Position numbers and translations under genes: made by a program. The notes under the pieces were generated by a model. That model was not told the DNA's origin and did no database searches. It saw only the letters and a list, made by a program, of their open reading frames with translations. A DNA stretch of 64,000 bases from a virus (lineage: Duplodnaviria; Caudoviricetes): positions 224,001 through 288,000 of IMG/VR virus record IMGVR_UViG_3300042010_000129; one strand, written 5' to 3'. Below, one piece after another: positions 37,156-45,146 of the stretch (positions are counted from its first letter, which is position 1; the number at the start of each line of letters is the position of its first letter).

Positions 37156-39483
37156 TTACACGTATTTAATGGAGTAGTTGTTGGTACGTGGGCTGAACTC
37201 CGGAAGAGTTGTAGCCTCGTTACGAACAATAATCCACGGACGTACTCCGGTGCCGTCATCGTACTGCACGGTCAGAGTTTTCGGCAGGTTCGCATCGTAA
37301 CCCGGCAGACCTTCTTCGTTACCGATTACATCGTTGCGGTAATTGATACCGTCGAAAGTAACGTTGAAAGAGTTCGCCAAATCGACGATGAACGTATCGC
37401 CAGCGCGAGCATCCCACATCACGTAAACGTAATCGTCCACGGTGATAACGGTTTCGATGTTTTTCGCAATGCCATCGGTAGTGATATCGAGGGTATTGGT
37501 CATCACGCTCGAAACGAAATCATCGAGGCCAGTCCAGTGGGTGTACTGTTTGCCGGACGCAGACGTTTCTTCGGTCACGCCGTAATCGCGTTCTTCCTGA
37601 GTAATTTCGCTGGCGATTGGGCCACCAGTAAATTGCACGTTGGAGAACATCGCAACGCCATAACGCAGCGGCGGAATTTCAACCACGCCAGTTTCGACGG
37701 TGATTGCTTTGGTCGCGTTCAGGTTAATGCCGTCTTCAGTGTAGGTCGTGCGAACGTTTACAGCGCCGTTTGCAACGCCAGTCACATTACCTTCAGCATC
37801 AACGGTTGCCTTCGAAGTATCCGAAGTTGTCCACTCGCCCGGAATCTTGTCCACGGTCGAACCATCGCTATAAGTGACGGTGTAAACGTAGGCTTTGGTT
37901 TCCAGCGGCGCGATGGTATTCGAACCGGTGATTGCACCAGATACAGGCCAGTTTTTCGTGTCCGCAATAGCAATGGTACGCTTCGCGGTTACAGTCACGC
38001 CGTTTTGGGTGTACGAAACGTTCACTTCAACGGATTTGCTGCCCGGCGCAGTCAGTGGTTTTGCAGTCAACAAACCGTTTTGATCAATGGTCGCATAAGT
38101 ACCAGAGGTCAGAGTCCACAGCGCGTTCACATCTGCTTCGGAAGCATCAGAGAAAACAACGTGTGCATTCAGGTCGATTGCCGCATCCTGATCAACGGTG
38201 TTCGGGCCGGTGATTGCGATTGTGTTCGGGTAGATAGCAGGGTCTTTGATAACCACAGCCAGCGATGCGTTGCGAGTTACGCCAGCGCTCACATAAGTAG
38301 CGGACAAGTTCGTAGAAACATCACGAATTTGTTGCGGACGCGGAGTCAGCACACCACCAACAAAAGAACCTGCGTTCGAATTGCTGGAAATAAACGCGTT
38401 CGGCGTTACGGTGGCGGTCGAGCCGTCGCTGTAGGTTGCCAAAACGGTGTAGGTGCCGATTTCCGATTTCAGGAATTGCGTCGGGCCGACGATTTCGATG
38501 TGGTCAAGAAGAACCAGATCCGGATCACCGATAATGGTAATCACGAAATCAACGAAAACAGTGTCGCCACTTTCTTCGTGTTTCCAACTGGCGCGAACAG
38601 TAACCGGCGTATCAACCGCAACCAAACCAGCGTGGAAAACGCCAGTAGCCGCATTGATCGAACCATGTTCTTCGTTGTTGGTAAGTGTCCACGTTGCCTG
38701 CACGCTGAAAAACTTCGTGCTGTCATCCATGGTCACATCGGCGCGCAATACGTGGTTAGTGTTGCCAACCACTTTTTCAGCCGGGCCAGTAACCGCAATG
38801 GAAACCGGACGCGGGCCGATGTACGCAAATTCCGTGGTAGGCGGCAACCATTCAGCGATGAAATTTCCGTCTTCGGTTACTTCGGTGATAAACAGAAGTG
38901 TTCCGTTGCCCGGATCGCTACCGATTACAGTCACGTAATTTTCCGAACCATCACCGCACGAAAGCATGGTGCGCGGCACGTCGCCGTGGCTGTGCGGAAG
39001 CGGATCGCGCTCGTTGCTCATACGCAAATCGTTATCGCCAACGATGATCGGAAGCAGCGGATCAACAATCACAGAATTCTGCGAAAGTTTCACACCGCCG
39101 AAACGATCTTTCGAAGCCAGCGGCGGACGGAAATCAGGCACTGCGCCCAAAATCGGATCAGCTTCTTTTTTGAAAAACTGTTCTTCGTTGAAAATTTCTT
39201 CAACGGTGGAAAGAACCGCCCACGATCCACGATAATCCTTGTCGTCGTATTTTTCTGCATCAACACGGCGCATCAGGACTTTGTAATCTTCGTGGTTTGG
39301 ATCAGCGTTGATCCACGTCACGTTATACGGAACGGTCAAGGTATCCGGTTCGAGAAGAGAAACGAGGACAGAGAATTTCTTCCCATTGCCCTCGACAATA
39401 ATCTCGACCGGGTTGAATTTCGAGAGGCCGCGATAGTTCAAAGCAATCGCGATTTTCTCGTCAACAAACTCGGTCAGTGTCAT
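37156..39483 (-). CDS. fibre-like virion protein: N-terminal anchor module plus Ig-like repeats (775 aa)
   Basis: About four Ig-like repeats after a ~220-aa module paralogous to the 214-aa neighbour. Confidence 0.85.
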   Translation of the reverse strand: MTLTEFVDEKIAIALNYRGLSKFNPVEIIVEGNGKKFSVLVSLLEPDTLTVPYNVTWINADPNHEDYKVLMRRVDAEKYDDKDYRGSWAVLSTVEEIFNEEQFFKKEADPILGAVPDFRPPLASKDRFGGVKLSQNSVIVDPLLPIIVGDNDLRMSNERDPLPHSHGDVPRTMLSCGDGSENYVTVIGSDPGNGTLLFITEVTEDGNFIAEWLPPTTEFAYIGPRPVSIAVTGPAEKVVGNTNHVLRADVTMDDSTKFFSVQATWTLTNNEEHGSINAATGVFHAGLVAVDTPVTVRASWKHEESGDTVFVDFVITIIGDPDLVLLDHIEIVGPTQFLKSEIGTYTVLATYSDGSTATVTPNAFISSNSNAGSFVGGVLTPRPQQIRDVSTNLSATYVSAGVTRNASLAVVIKDPAIYPNTIAITGPNTVDQDAAIDLNAHVVFSDASEADVNALWTLTSGTYATIDQNGLLTAKPLTAPGSKSVEVNVSYTQNGVTVTAKRTIAIADTKNWPVSGAITGSNTIAPLETKAYVYTVTYSDGSTVDKIPGEWTTSDTSKATVDAEGNVTGVANGAVNVRTTYTEDGINLNATKAITVETGVVEIPPLRYGVAMFSNVQFTGGPIASEITQEERDYGVTEETSASGKQYTHWTGLDDFVSSVMTNTLDITTDGIAKNIETVITVDDYVYVMWDARAGDTFIVDLANSFNVTFDGINYRNDVIGNEEGLPGYDANLPKTLTVQYDDGTGVRPWIIVRNEATTLPEFSPRTNNYSIKYV

Positions 39484-39492
39484 GACGATTCC

Positions 39493-40137
39493 TTATTTCT
39501 GAATGTCGGTAGAAGTCAGCTGGCGCCATACAGCGTTGCCATTACCGGTCGCGATCAGAGTTGCACCAACAACCGGCGTTGCACTGCCGGAAATGGTAAT
39601 CACGGTGGTTTTGGTTTTCAGCTGCGTAGCCGGTTTTTCCGGGTGCGTGTGTTCGGTCGGTTTACGCGGATCGGAAAGACGCGGATCACCTTCACCAACA
39701 GCAATCGGGTTTGCCGGGCTGACAGGGGCAACGCTCAATTTCGCGATGCCGAGAATATCTTTCGTCGCGCCCGGAATCGGATCGAGTTGCGCCAAAATTG
39801 CCGAATCTTCCGCGTCGTAGAATTGGTCTACGTCGTATTCGGCCATGGTGTCGATCACTTCCCACGTGTGGGTTGTGCCAGCGGCCACGTCAGGCTCTTT
39901 CGAAACACGACGGCGCGCAGTGTTGTAATACGGGCCGTGGTTTGGGTTGAAATCGAACCAGATCACATTGAGTGGCAGAATTTCGTTGTACGGTTCGGTA
40001 AGCGCGCACACGGTGGTATGCACGCGGCGAACTGTCGAGTTCTGCACACGGATCGGAATCGGATTGGTTTCATCCAGATTCTGAATGTCCGAAATCACGC
40101 GATAAGAATCGCGGATATCTACGAGTTGTTTTTCCAT
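39493..40137 (-). CDS. virion protein, stand-alone anchor module (214 aa)
   Basis: Aligns by eye with the N-terminus of the 775-aa protein. Confidence 0.75.
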   Translation of the reverse strand: MEKQLVDIRDSYRVISDIQNLDETNPIPIRVQNSTVRRVHTTVCALTEPYNEILPLNVIWFDFNPNHGPYYNTARRRVSKEPDVAAGTTHTWEVIDTMAEYDVDQFYDAEDSAILAQLDPIPGATKDILGIAKLSVAPVSPANPIAVGEGDPRLSDPRKPTEHTHPEKPATQLKTKTTVITISGSATPVVGATLIATGNGNAVWRQLTSTDIQK

Positions 40138-40142
40138 TGGAA

Positions 40143-41783
40143 TTAATTCTCTTGGAAGCTGATAGAGGAACCGAAATTGCGGATATCGGCGGTCAGGGAA
40201 GCACGGCGGGCCGGAATGCTCGGGTCGATAACGAAATCGAGGTTGATATCGTTATTCGCGATATCTGCCGGTTTGTTGTTACGGCTGTCGCAAATGGTTT
40301 CCCATTCGTACAAACCACGACCGCGTTTCACCGTTGCTGCTTCGGCGTCCACGATGTTTTTCAGCTGCTTGCGTTCGTAATCGTCGGCAGGGTTGAAAAC
40401 CGATGGCAGGAAAGCACGACGAATCATTGCTTTGATGCCGTTTACCAGACGACGCACGTTCACGTTCTGGAAACCAGACGCGAAATTCTGCAAAGTCAGT
40501 TGTTCCATGATCACGAAACCACGGCCCGGAATTCGACGCACGTAGTTGATTTGCGCCTGTTCCAAAGCGTTGCGTTCGCGCAGGCTGTATTTCTTGGAAA
40601 GATCCGTGACTTTTACTTGACCACGATTCAAACCAGCCGGTGCCCAGTAGTAGGCACGAACGCGGTCGGTGTACGCGTATTGCGCAGCAACCAAACCGGA
40701 AATCGGGCAAAAGAATTTCTTGCCGGAAACGTCGTCGGTAATCTGACCACGCGGGCCATACATTGCCGAGTAGCTGGAACTCAGGTTCAGGATATTGCGA
40801 CGGTAATTCACAGCACGCGAAACTTCTTCGTATTCGTGCGGCAAATCAACAATCGAAATCGCGTCACCGCGTGCAGTTGCTACGGCGTCAATGCGACGGT
40901 GAATGATCGGGTTTTCGTAACCACAACCAACCAGCAATTGCACTGCGAATTGATCAGTATCGTCGATGCCTTCCCATGCGTTGCTCACTTCGGCCACGGT
41001 CGCACGCGCACCATCGGCGCCACCATCCAGACGTTCGAAAGCAGAAGTGCGGATTTCAACCGGTGGGCAAAGCGAATTGTTTTTCACTTTGATGTATTGC
41101 GAGAATGCGTTTACACGCGACTCGACAAACATCTGATTGCCTTCGCCATCCAGTTCGAATTTACGCGAACACAGATACGATTCAACCGGAATGCTGGCGC
41201 TGCCCTGATAATTCAGGAAAACTTCCAGATAGAAATGCGTTGGGTCATTGAATTCACCGACTTCGGTTCCTTCCGGGTTTGCCGGACGAACCAATACAGT
41301 CAGTGCGCCTGCCCAATCGCCGGGGCTATTCGCGCAAACGTAAAGCAAAGCGTTTTTAACGCCCGGCTCGTTTACGTTGAAACCCAACACGTCGAGCGGA
41401 TTCCCCAATACGCCTTGCGGTTTGTTGGTTCCATCGTCGAAATTCACCAGTTTAATAACTGGTTCCAATGCAGCGCTATCGTCAACCGAAAGGTAGGCGC
41501 CAGCGGTGCGGGCGGTATCGGCGTTTACTGCGCGTTTAATCCACATTGCGGTTTGCACCAAAACGTGTTCTGCGCAATGCATGCCGTAGCCGTATTTGGA
41601 ATAGTTCTTGTCACCGAACTTTTCCTTCAAATCTTGCGTATCGGTAACGTAAATCCATTCCGACGTAGAGCCGCGAGCGGACTCGATCACAGCAGCCGCA
41701 ATAGAGCTAATGACCGGCGAACCGCGTTGACTTACGTCGCGATCCTGATCATAAACCCCAGCGCTGGAGTTGGTAAAAGCCAT
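40143..41783 (-). CDS. tail sheath protein 2 (546 aa)
   Basis: SAGVY.Q.RDVS, WAPAGLNRG, NVRRLVN and sheath C-terminal domain patterns. Confidence 0.9.
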   Translation of the reverse strand: MAFTNSSAGVYDQDRDVSQRGSPVISSIAAAVIESARGSTSEWIYVTDTQDLKEKFGDKNYSKYGYGMHCAEHVLVQTAMWIKRAVNADTARTAGAYLSVDDSAALEPVIKLVNFDDGTNKPQGVLGNPLDVLGFNVNEPGVKNALLYVCANSPGDWAGALTVLVRPANPEGTEVGEFNDPTHFYLEVFLNYQGSASIPVESYLCSRKFELDGEGNQMFVESRVNAFSQYIKVKNNSLCPPVEIRTSAFERLDGGADGARATVAEVSNAWEGIDDTDQFAVQLLVGCGYENPIIHRRIDAVATARGDAISIVDLPHEYEEVSRAVNYRRNILNLSSSYSAMYGPRGQITDDVSGKKFFCPISGLVAAQYAYTDRVRAYYWAPAGLNRGQVKVTDLSKKYSLRERNALEQAQINYVRRIPGRGFVIMEQLTLQNFASGFQNVNVRRLVNGIKAMIRRAFLPSVFNPADDYERKQLKNIVDAEAATVKRGRGLYEWETICDSRNNKPADIANNDINLDFVIDPSIPARRASLTADIRNFGSSISFQEN

Positions 41784-41850
41784 GGGTGAATCCCCTTATA
41801 TGGTTGGAATACGGGAAATTGAGAATCGCGAATAAACGCATTTCCTGTAT

Positions 41851-41859
41851 TTAAATTAC
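41851..41859 (-). promoter_or_regulatory. GTAATTTAA late-promoter-like motif
   Basis: Exact copy between a terminator and sheath 2. Confidence 0.6.
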
Positions 41860-41880
41860 GCAAAGGGGATTTCAGGCAAC

Positions 41881-41904
41881 AAAAAAGGGGCCATATAGGC
41901 CCCC
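41881..41904 (-). terminator. rho-independent terminator
   Basis: GGGGCC-TATAT-GGCCCC stem plus U6. Confidence 0.75.
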
Positions 41905-41927
41905 GCTTTGTATTGCATTTGTAATGA

Positions 41928-42707
41928 TTAATCAGCGAAGAATTCTTCATCGCTTTGTTCGCGTTGGGCATTCAATTCACGTTGCCGCGCATCCTCTTTC
42001 AGGTAGCGTTTAAACAGAATAATTGCCCACGCTTCATTGCCATCGCGCCATTCGAGGATTGCCGGTGTAAAAGGCTTTTCCATAAGGAATGCCATATGGC
42101 GCAGGATTTGCGAATGGCGTTTACGCATAAACGATTCAATGTAATCCGGAATCTTGTGCGGTTCGTGCCGAAAGATTCGCAGCTTGACGTAACTGAATAC
42201 CAACGCTTCCAGATTATCGTCTTCCATGAACTCGGTTGATTCGTGGAATATTGCAACGATTTTCTGTTTGTCGGCGGCACTGAAACGCATGATCTTGTCA
42301 GGATGCGACAGCTGTTTAATCATGCGGTAGATTTCATCAATCGCGATGGTCTGCTCTTCTTCCTTTTTCTTTCTTACAGGCTCATTCGGATTGTTTGGAT
42401 CATACTCAATCTCTTCCTCAAAATATTCGTTGTCATCACGACGATTTTTATTCGGATCGAAATCGTCAAGGGCAGCGATCTTTGCTTTAATGATTCCCCG
42501 GCGCATATCCTCCGGTGGCAAATCCATATCCGCATCGACTTCCTCTTCGTCGTCGCCATCCTCTTCAATGCCGTCGCCCATACCACCGAGCGCGTGTTCG
42601 CATTGGGCGCTAAGCCAGCTGTAACCATGCTCAAGCATTTCAATAAACTTGTGCAGGTTCTCTTCGTCGGTTTTGATTTCTTCGAATTTCTTGAGTGAAA
42701 TTGTCAT
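41928..42707 (-). CDS. J-domain-like (HPD) protein (259 aa)
   Basis: IYRMIKQLSHPDK helix-HPD-helix resembling DnaJ YRKLAKKYHPD. Confidence 0.55.
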   Translation of the reverse strand: MTISLKKFEEIKTDEENLHKFIEMLEHGYSWLSAQCEHALGGMGDGIEEDGDDEEEVDADMDLPPEDMRRGIIKAKIAALDDFDPNKNRRDDNEYFEEEIEYDPNNPNEPVRKKKEEEQTIAIDEIYRMIKQLSHPDKIMRFSAADKQKIVAIFHESTEFMEDDNLEALVFSYVKLRIFRHEPHKIPDYIESFMRKRHSQILRHMAFLMEKPFTPAILEWRDGNEAWAIILFKRYLKEDARQRELNAQREQSDEEFFAD

Positions 42708-43573
42708 AGCATGTCCATCAAGTCGGCCTTGTCACTGCGTTTGCTATTCAACATAAAAGCAAACTGCATTGGCATTCGCATTTTCTCCGCAAAGAACGTA
42801 ACCGGGTCGCACCCGTTCACTACAACGATTCGCGGAATGTTATCGTATTTCTCCAGAAGGTCACGCACCTTCTCAAGCTTGTGCGGCGTGGAATCCGGCC
42901 CCACGTTTGCAATGATCAACATCGAAATATTGCGTCGTTGTTTTTCATCGCGTAATTCGTCTTGATACCCGCCCATGACACGGTGCCAAATCGGAAGCAG
43001 TTTCCCTTTGTGCGAACCGGATCGCTGCTGATCAATGGCGGCATCCATGATGCTCATTGCCATAAACTTTGCGCGTTCATCGGTAGCCATGGAACCAATG
43101 CCGATAATGGGCGAACCATGCAGCGGATTTGTCAGCATGCGATAACAGGATTCAATCTGTCGCTTCACACTGGTTTTTGCAATCTGGTAATCCTCCGGCA
43201 ACCATTTCGGCACCATCGGAGTAATGGAGACAAGCGCGTCATCTAGCAGGAACGGGCTGCGCATTACTTGCAATGCGGTGCCGTCCACGCCTTGAGCTTT
43301 CAGCAGTTTTACACGATCCGATTCAAACCGGAATTTCAGAGTCGGTGCAGGCATCCGTGCTGGTGCCGATACTTTCCCTTTCGGTTTTTTAATGCTGTTT
43401 ACTTTCTCCACTACGGCGCGTTTACGCGGCTTGATGGAACTGACTTTTTCTTGCTCCTTGCTGGCCTCTTCTTCCAACCGCTCGAACTTCAATTTCTTGA
43501 GCGGTTTTTCTTCCTTAAATTTCAGTTCCGAGGACAAGCTGCGTTTCTTGACTGGCTTCAATTCCTTTGCCAT
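42704..43573 (-). CDS. basic protein with a possible degenerate DnaC/IstB-like P-loop fold (289 aa)
   Basis: MLIIANVG...VRDLLEKY...PRIVVVN parallels LLIIDDLG...LF.II..RY...PTIITTN; no intact Walker A or B. Confidence 0.4.
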   Translation of the reverse strand: MAKELKPVKKRSLSSELKFKEEKPLKKLKFERLEEEASKEQEKVSSIKPRKRAVVEKVNSIKKPKGKVSAPARMPAPTLKFRFESDRVKLLKAQGVDGTALQVMRSPFLLDDALVSITPMVPKWLPEDYQIAKTSVKRQIESCYRMLTNPLHGSPIIGIGSMATDERAKFMAMSIMDAAIDQQRSGSHKGKLLPIWHRVMGGYQDELRDEKQRRNISMLIIANVGPDSTPHKLEKVRDLLEKYDNIPRIVVVNGCDPVTFFAEKMRMPMQFAFMLNSKRSDKADLMDML

Positions 43574-43609
43574 CAGAGTGTCCTGTAGTGTAGGTGGATG
43601 GATACTGTT

Positions 43610-43619
43610 TATTTACAGT
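43610..43619 (-). promoter_or_regulatory. ACTGTAAATA promoter-like motif
   Basis: Intergenic, 37 nt before the ATG at 43573. Confidence 0.6.
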
Positions 43620-43761
43620 ATTTGGACGCGCTGTAGCCCCTGTGAGAGCGAGCGCAGGAACGGCAAGCACACTGCCCTCGAATGCCTGCCGCGCAAGGTA
43701 GATTCCCATTTCTTCCATCTGGATTTCAGGCCAGCCATTTGGCGGCATGCTGCAACCACGA

Positions 43762-44106
43762 TTAAGATTTTGCATGGTAGGCCACCATTTGATCGCGCAA
43801 GTCTTCCGCGTATTCTTTCGAAACTTCCTGTTCACGACCGTCCGCATAAGTGACGATGTATTTCGGACATTGGCCGCTGTCTGGATCGAAACGAATTTCC
43901 GTCACGAAATCCGAACGCGGAATCGGATGCGTCGTGATGATGATTCCGCCACCGCCCGTGTATTGAACTTCTTCACCGGGCCGCAGCACTGGAACCATGC
44001 GGGACATTTGCCCGCGTGGCATTACCCGAATGTAATCGAGTTCGCGCTGTACGAATTTACCGTCGGCACATACATTCAGCATTTGCGGTTCGTGTTCCAG
44101 TTCCAT
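43762..44106 (-). CDS. hypothetical protein (114 aa)
   Basis: GAGG RBS. Confidence 0.7.
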   Translation of the reverse strand: MELEHEPQMLNVCADGKFVQRELDYIRVMPRGQMSRMVPVLRPGEEVQYTGGGGIIITTHPIPRSDFVTEIRFDPDSGQCPKYIVTYADGREQEVSKEYAEDLRDQMVAYHAKS

Positions 44107-44344
44107 ACATCACCTCGTCAAAAGGGTGCGGAATATCAAAAGTTTTCAGAGCCTGACGCATGCCCGCATCAAAGCCCGATGGGTCAATGCCGCTCGAATC
44201 GCACTCAGCCCACAACCGATTATTTTCCATCATGTTGTGTTTTCCGTACTTGCGCAATTCGGAACGAACATAGGCAACACCCGCATCGAAGTCTTCTTCG
44301 TAATTGCGGATGCCAAAAAGTTTACGCAGTATTTCCTTTATCAT
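44057..44344 (-). CDS. hypothetical protein (~95 aa)
   Basis: Start re-assigned to MIKEIL; overlaps both neighbours. Confidence 0.6.
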   Translation of the reverse strand: MIKEILRKLFGIRNYEEDFDAGVAYVRSELRKYGKHNMMENNRLWAECDSSGIDPSGFDAGMRQALKTFDIPHPFDEVMYGTGTRTANAECMCRR

Positions 44345-44648
44345 AAGTCGGTGTCCCATCGACGCACTTTGGCCGATTTTCAGGGAACGCAGGATCATCG
44401 AGAACTCGAATAATTCCGGCGTCGAACCAAGTTGACCACTGCCCACATTTCCCGCATTTAAGTTGGTCGTGTTGCATGGTGGGTGTATTTGCTTTCATAT
44501 CTGCCCAGCAATTGTCGGGCATGTTGGAGTCCCACGTCTTGCAATGTGGGCAGCACTGCGAAGAATAGCGCTGTTCACCAATCACTTTTCGTTCGCCACG
44601 TTCGGCCCAGCTTTTGAGCCATTTATAAAAACGCTTACGAATTGCCAT
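44322..44648 (-). CDS. Zn-ribbon protein (108 aa)
   Basis: CPHC and CGKC pairs. Confidence 0.7.
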   Translation of the reverse strand: MAIRKRFYKWLKSWAERGERKVIGEQRYSSQCCPHCKTWDSNMPDNCWADMKANTPTMQHDQLKCGKCGQWSTWFDAGIIRVLDDPAFPENRPKCVDGTPTYDKGNTA

Positions 44649-44906
44649 TTAGCATTCCTTCAGTTTTTTAGTCGTGGCTGCGATAGCCCGGTTACGATGT
44701 TTTGCGGCCCGGCGTTCGGCGCGATTACCTGCCGGGTGTGCCTTACCAATGATCGGTGCAGGCAGCAGCGCCGCAACATCTTCCCCCGCATCCCGACGTG
44801 CCTGCAATTCTTTGAAATGCTGCAAACGGTCGCGTGCCTCTTCTGCCGTTAGTTGCAATATTTCTGCGTCGGTCAACATTCGTGTGAAATGCGGATCAGG
44901 ATTCAT
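44649..44906 (-). CDS. small protein, paralog A (85 aa)
   Basis: LT..EIL.L...NRAERRAAKHR. Confidence 0.7.
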   Translation of the reverse strand: MNPDPHFTRMLTDAEILQLTAEEARDRLQHFKELQARRDAGEDVAALLPAPIIGKAHPAGNRAERRAAKHRNRAIAATTKKLKEC

Positions 44907-45146
44907 TTATTTTCCCCGGTGTTTCATTGCACGACGTTCAGCACGGTTCGGCTTGCGGCCACGCGTGAACAATTCGTTGGTGTTTACCGCCACCAGATCC
45001 GGGTTCAACATCTTCAGAAATTTCATACCGGCTTCCCGATCCGTTGCCATCAGTTGACGCAGGGAATCAGCGAGCGCTTTTTCCTGTTCTTCTTTCGACA
45101 TTTTCAGGATATCTTGCTCGGTCAGTATTCCTTGTTTTTCTTCCAT
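44907..45146 (-). CDS. small protein, paralog B (79 aa)
   Basis: LT..DIL.M...NRAERRAMKHR. Confidence 0.7.
   Translation of the reverse strand: MEEKQGILTEQDILKMSKEEQEKALADSLRQLMATDREAGMKFLKMLNPDLVAVNTNELFTRGRKPNRAERRAMKHRGK

Noticed and set aside
37086-37158. Possible stop read-through fusing the two Ig genes (the 69-nt spacer is in frame and open)
   Set aside because: The stop is TAA, the spacer holds a terminator-like hairpin, and the downstream gene has its own GGAG RBS; chance is a sufficient explanation.
43625-43700. tRNA-like appearance (GCGCTGTAGC..., TTCGA)
   Set aside because: No acceptor stem, anticodon arm or T-arm pairing could be built.
43515-43847. 110-aa ORF bridging the 43573-43762 gap
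   Set aside because: It overlaps both neighbours, has no RBS, and runs across the promoter-like motif.
44322-45146. Chains of in-frame TAA-ATG junctions suggesting a recoded stop codon
   Set aside because: TAA terminates well-defined genes throughout the window (ligase, sheaths, MCP); TAAATG adjacency is ordinary operon packing.
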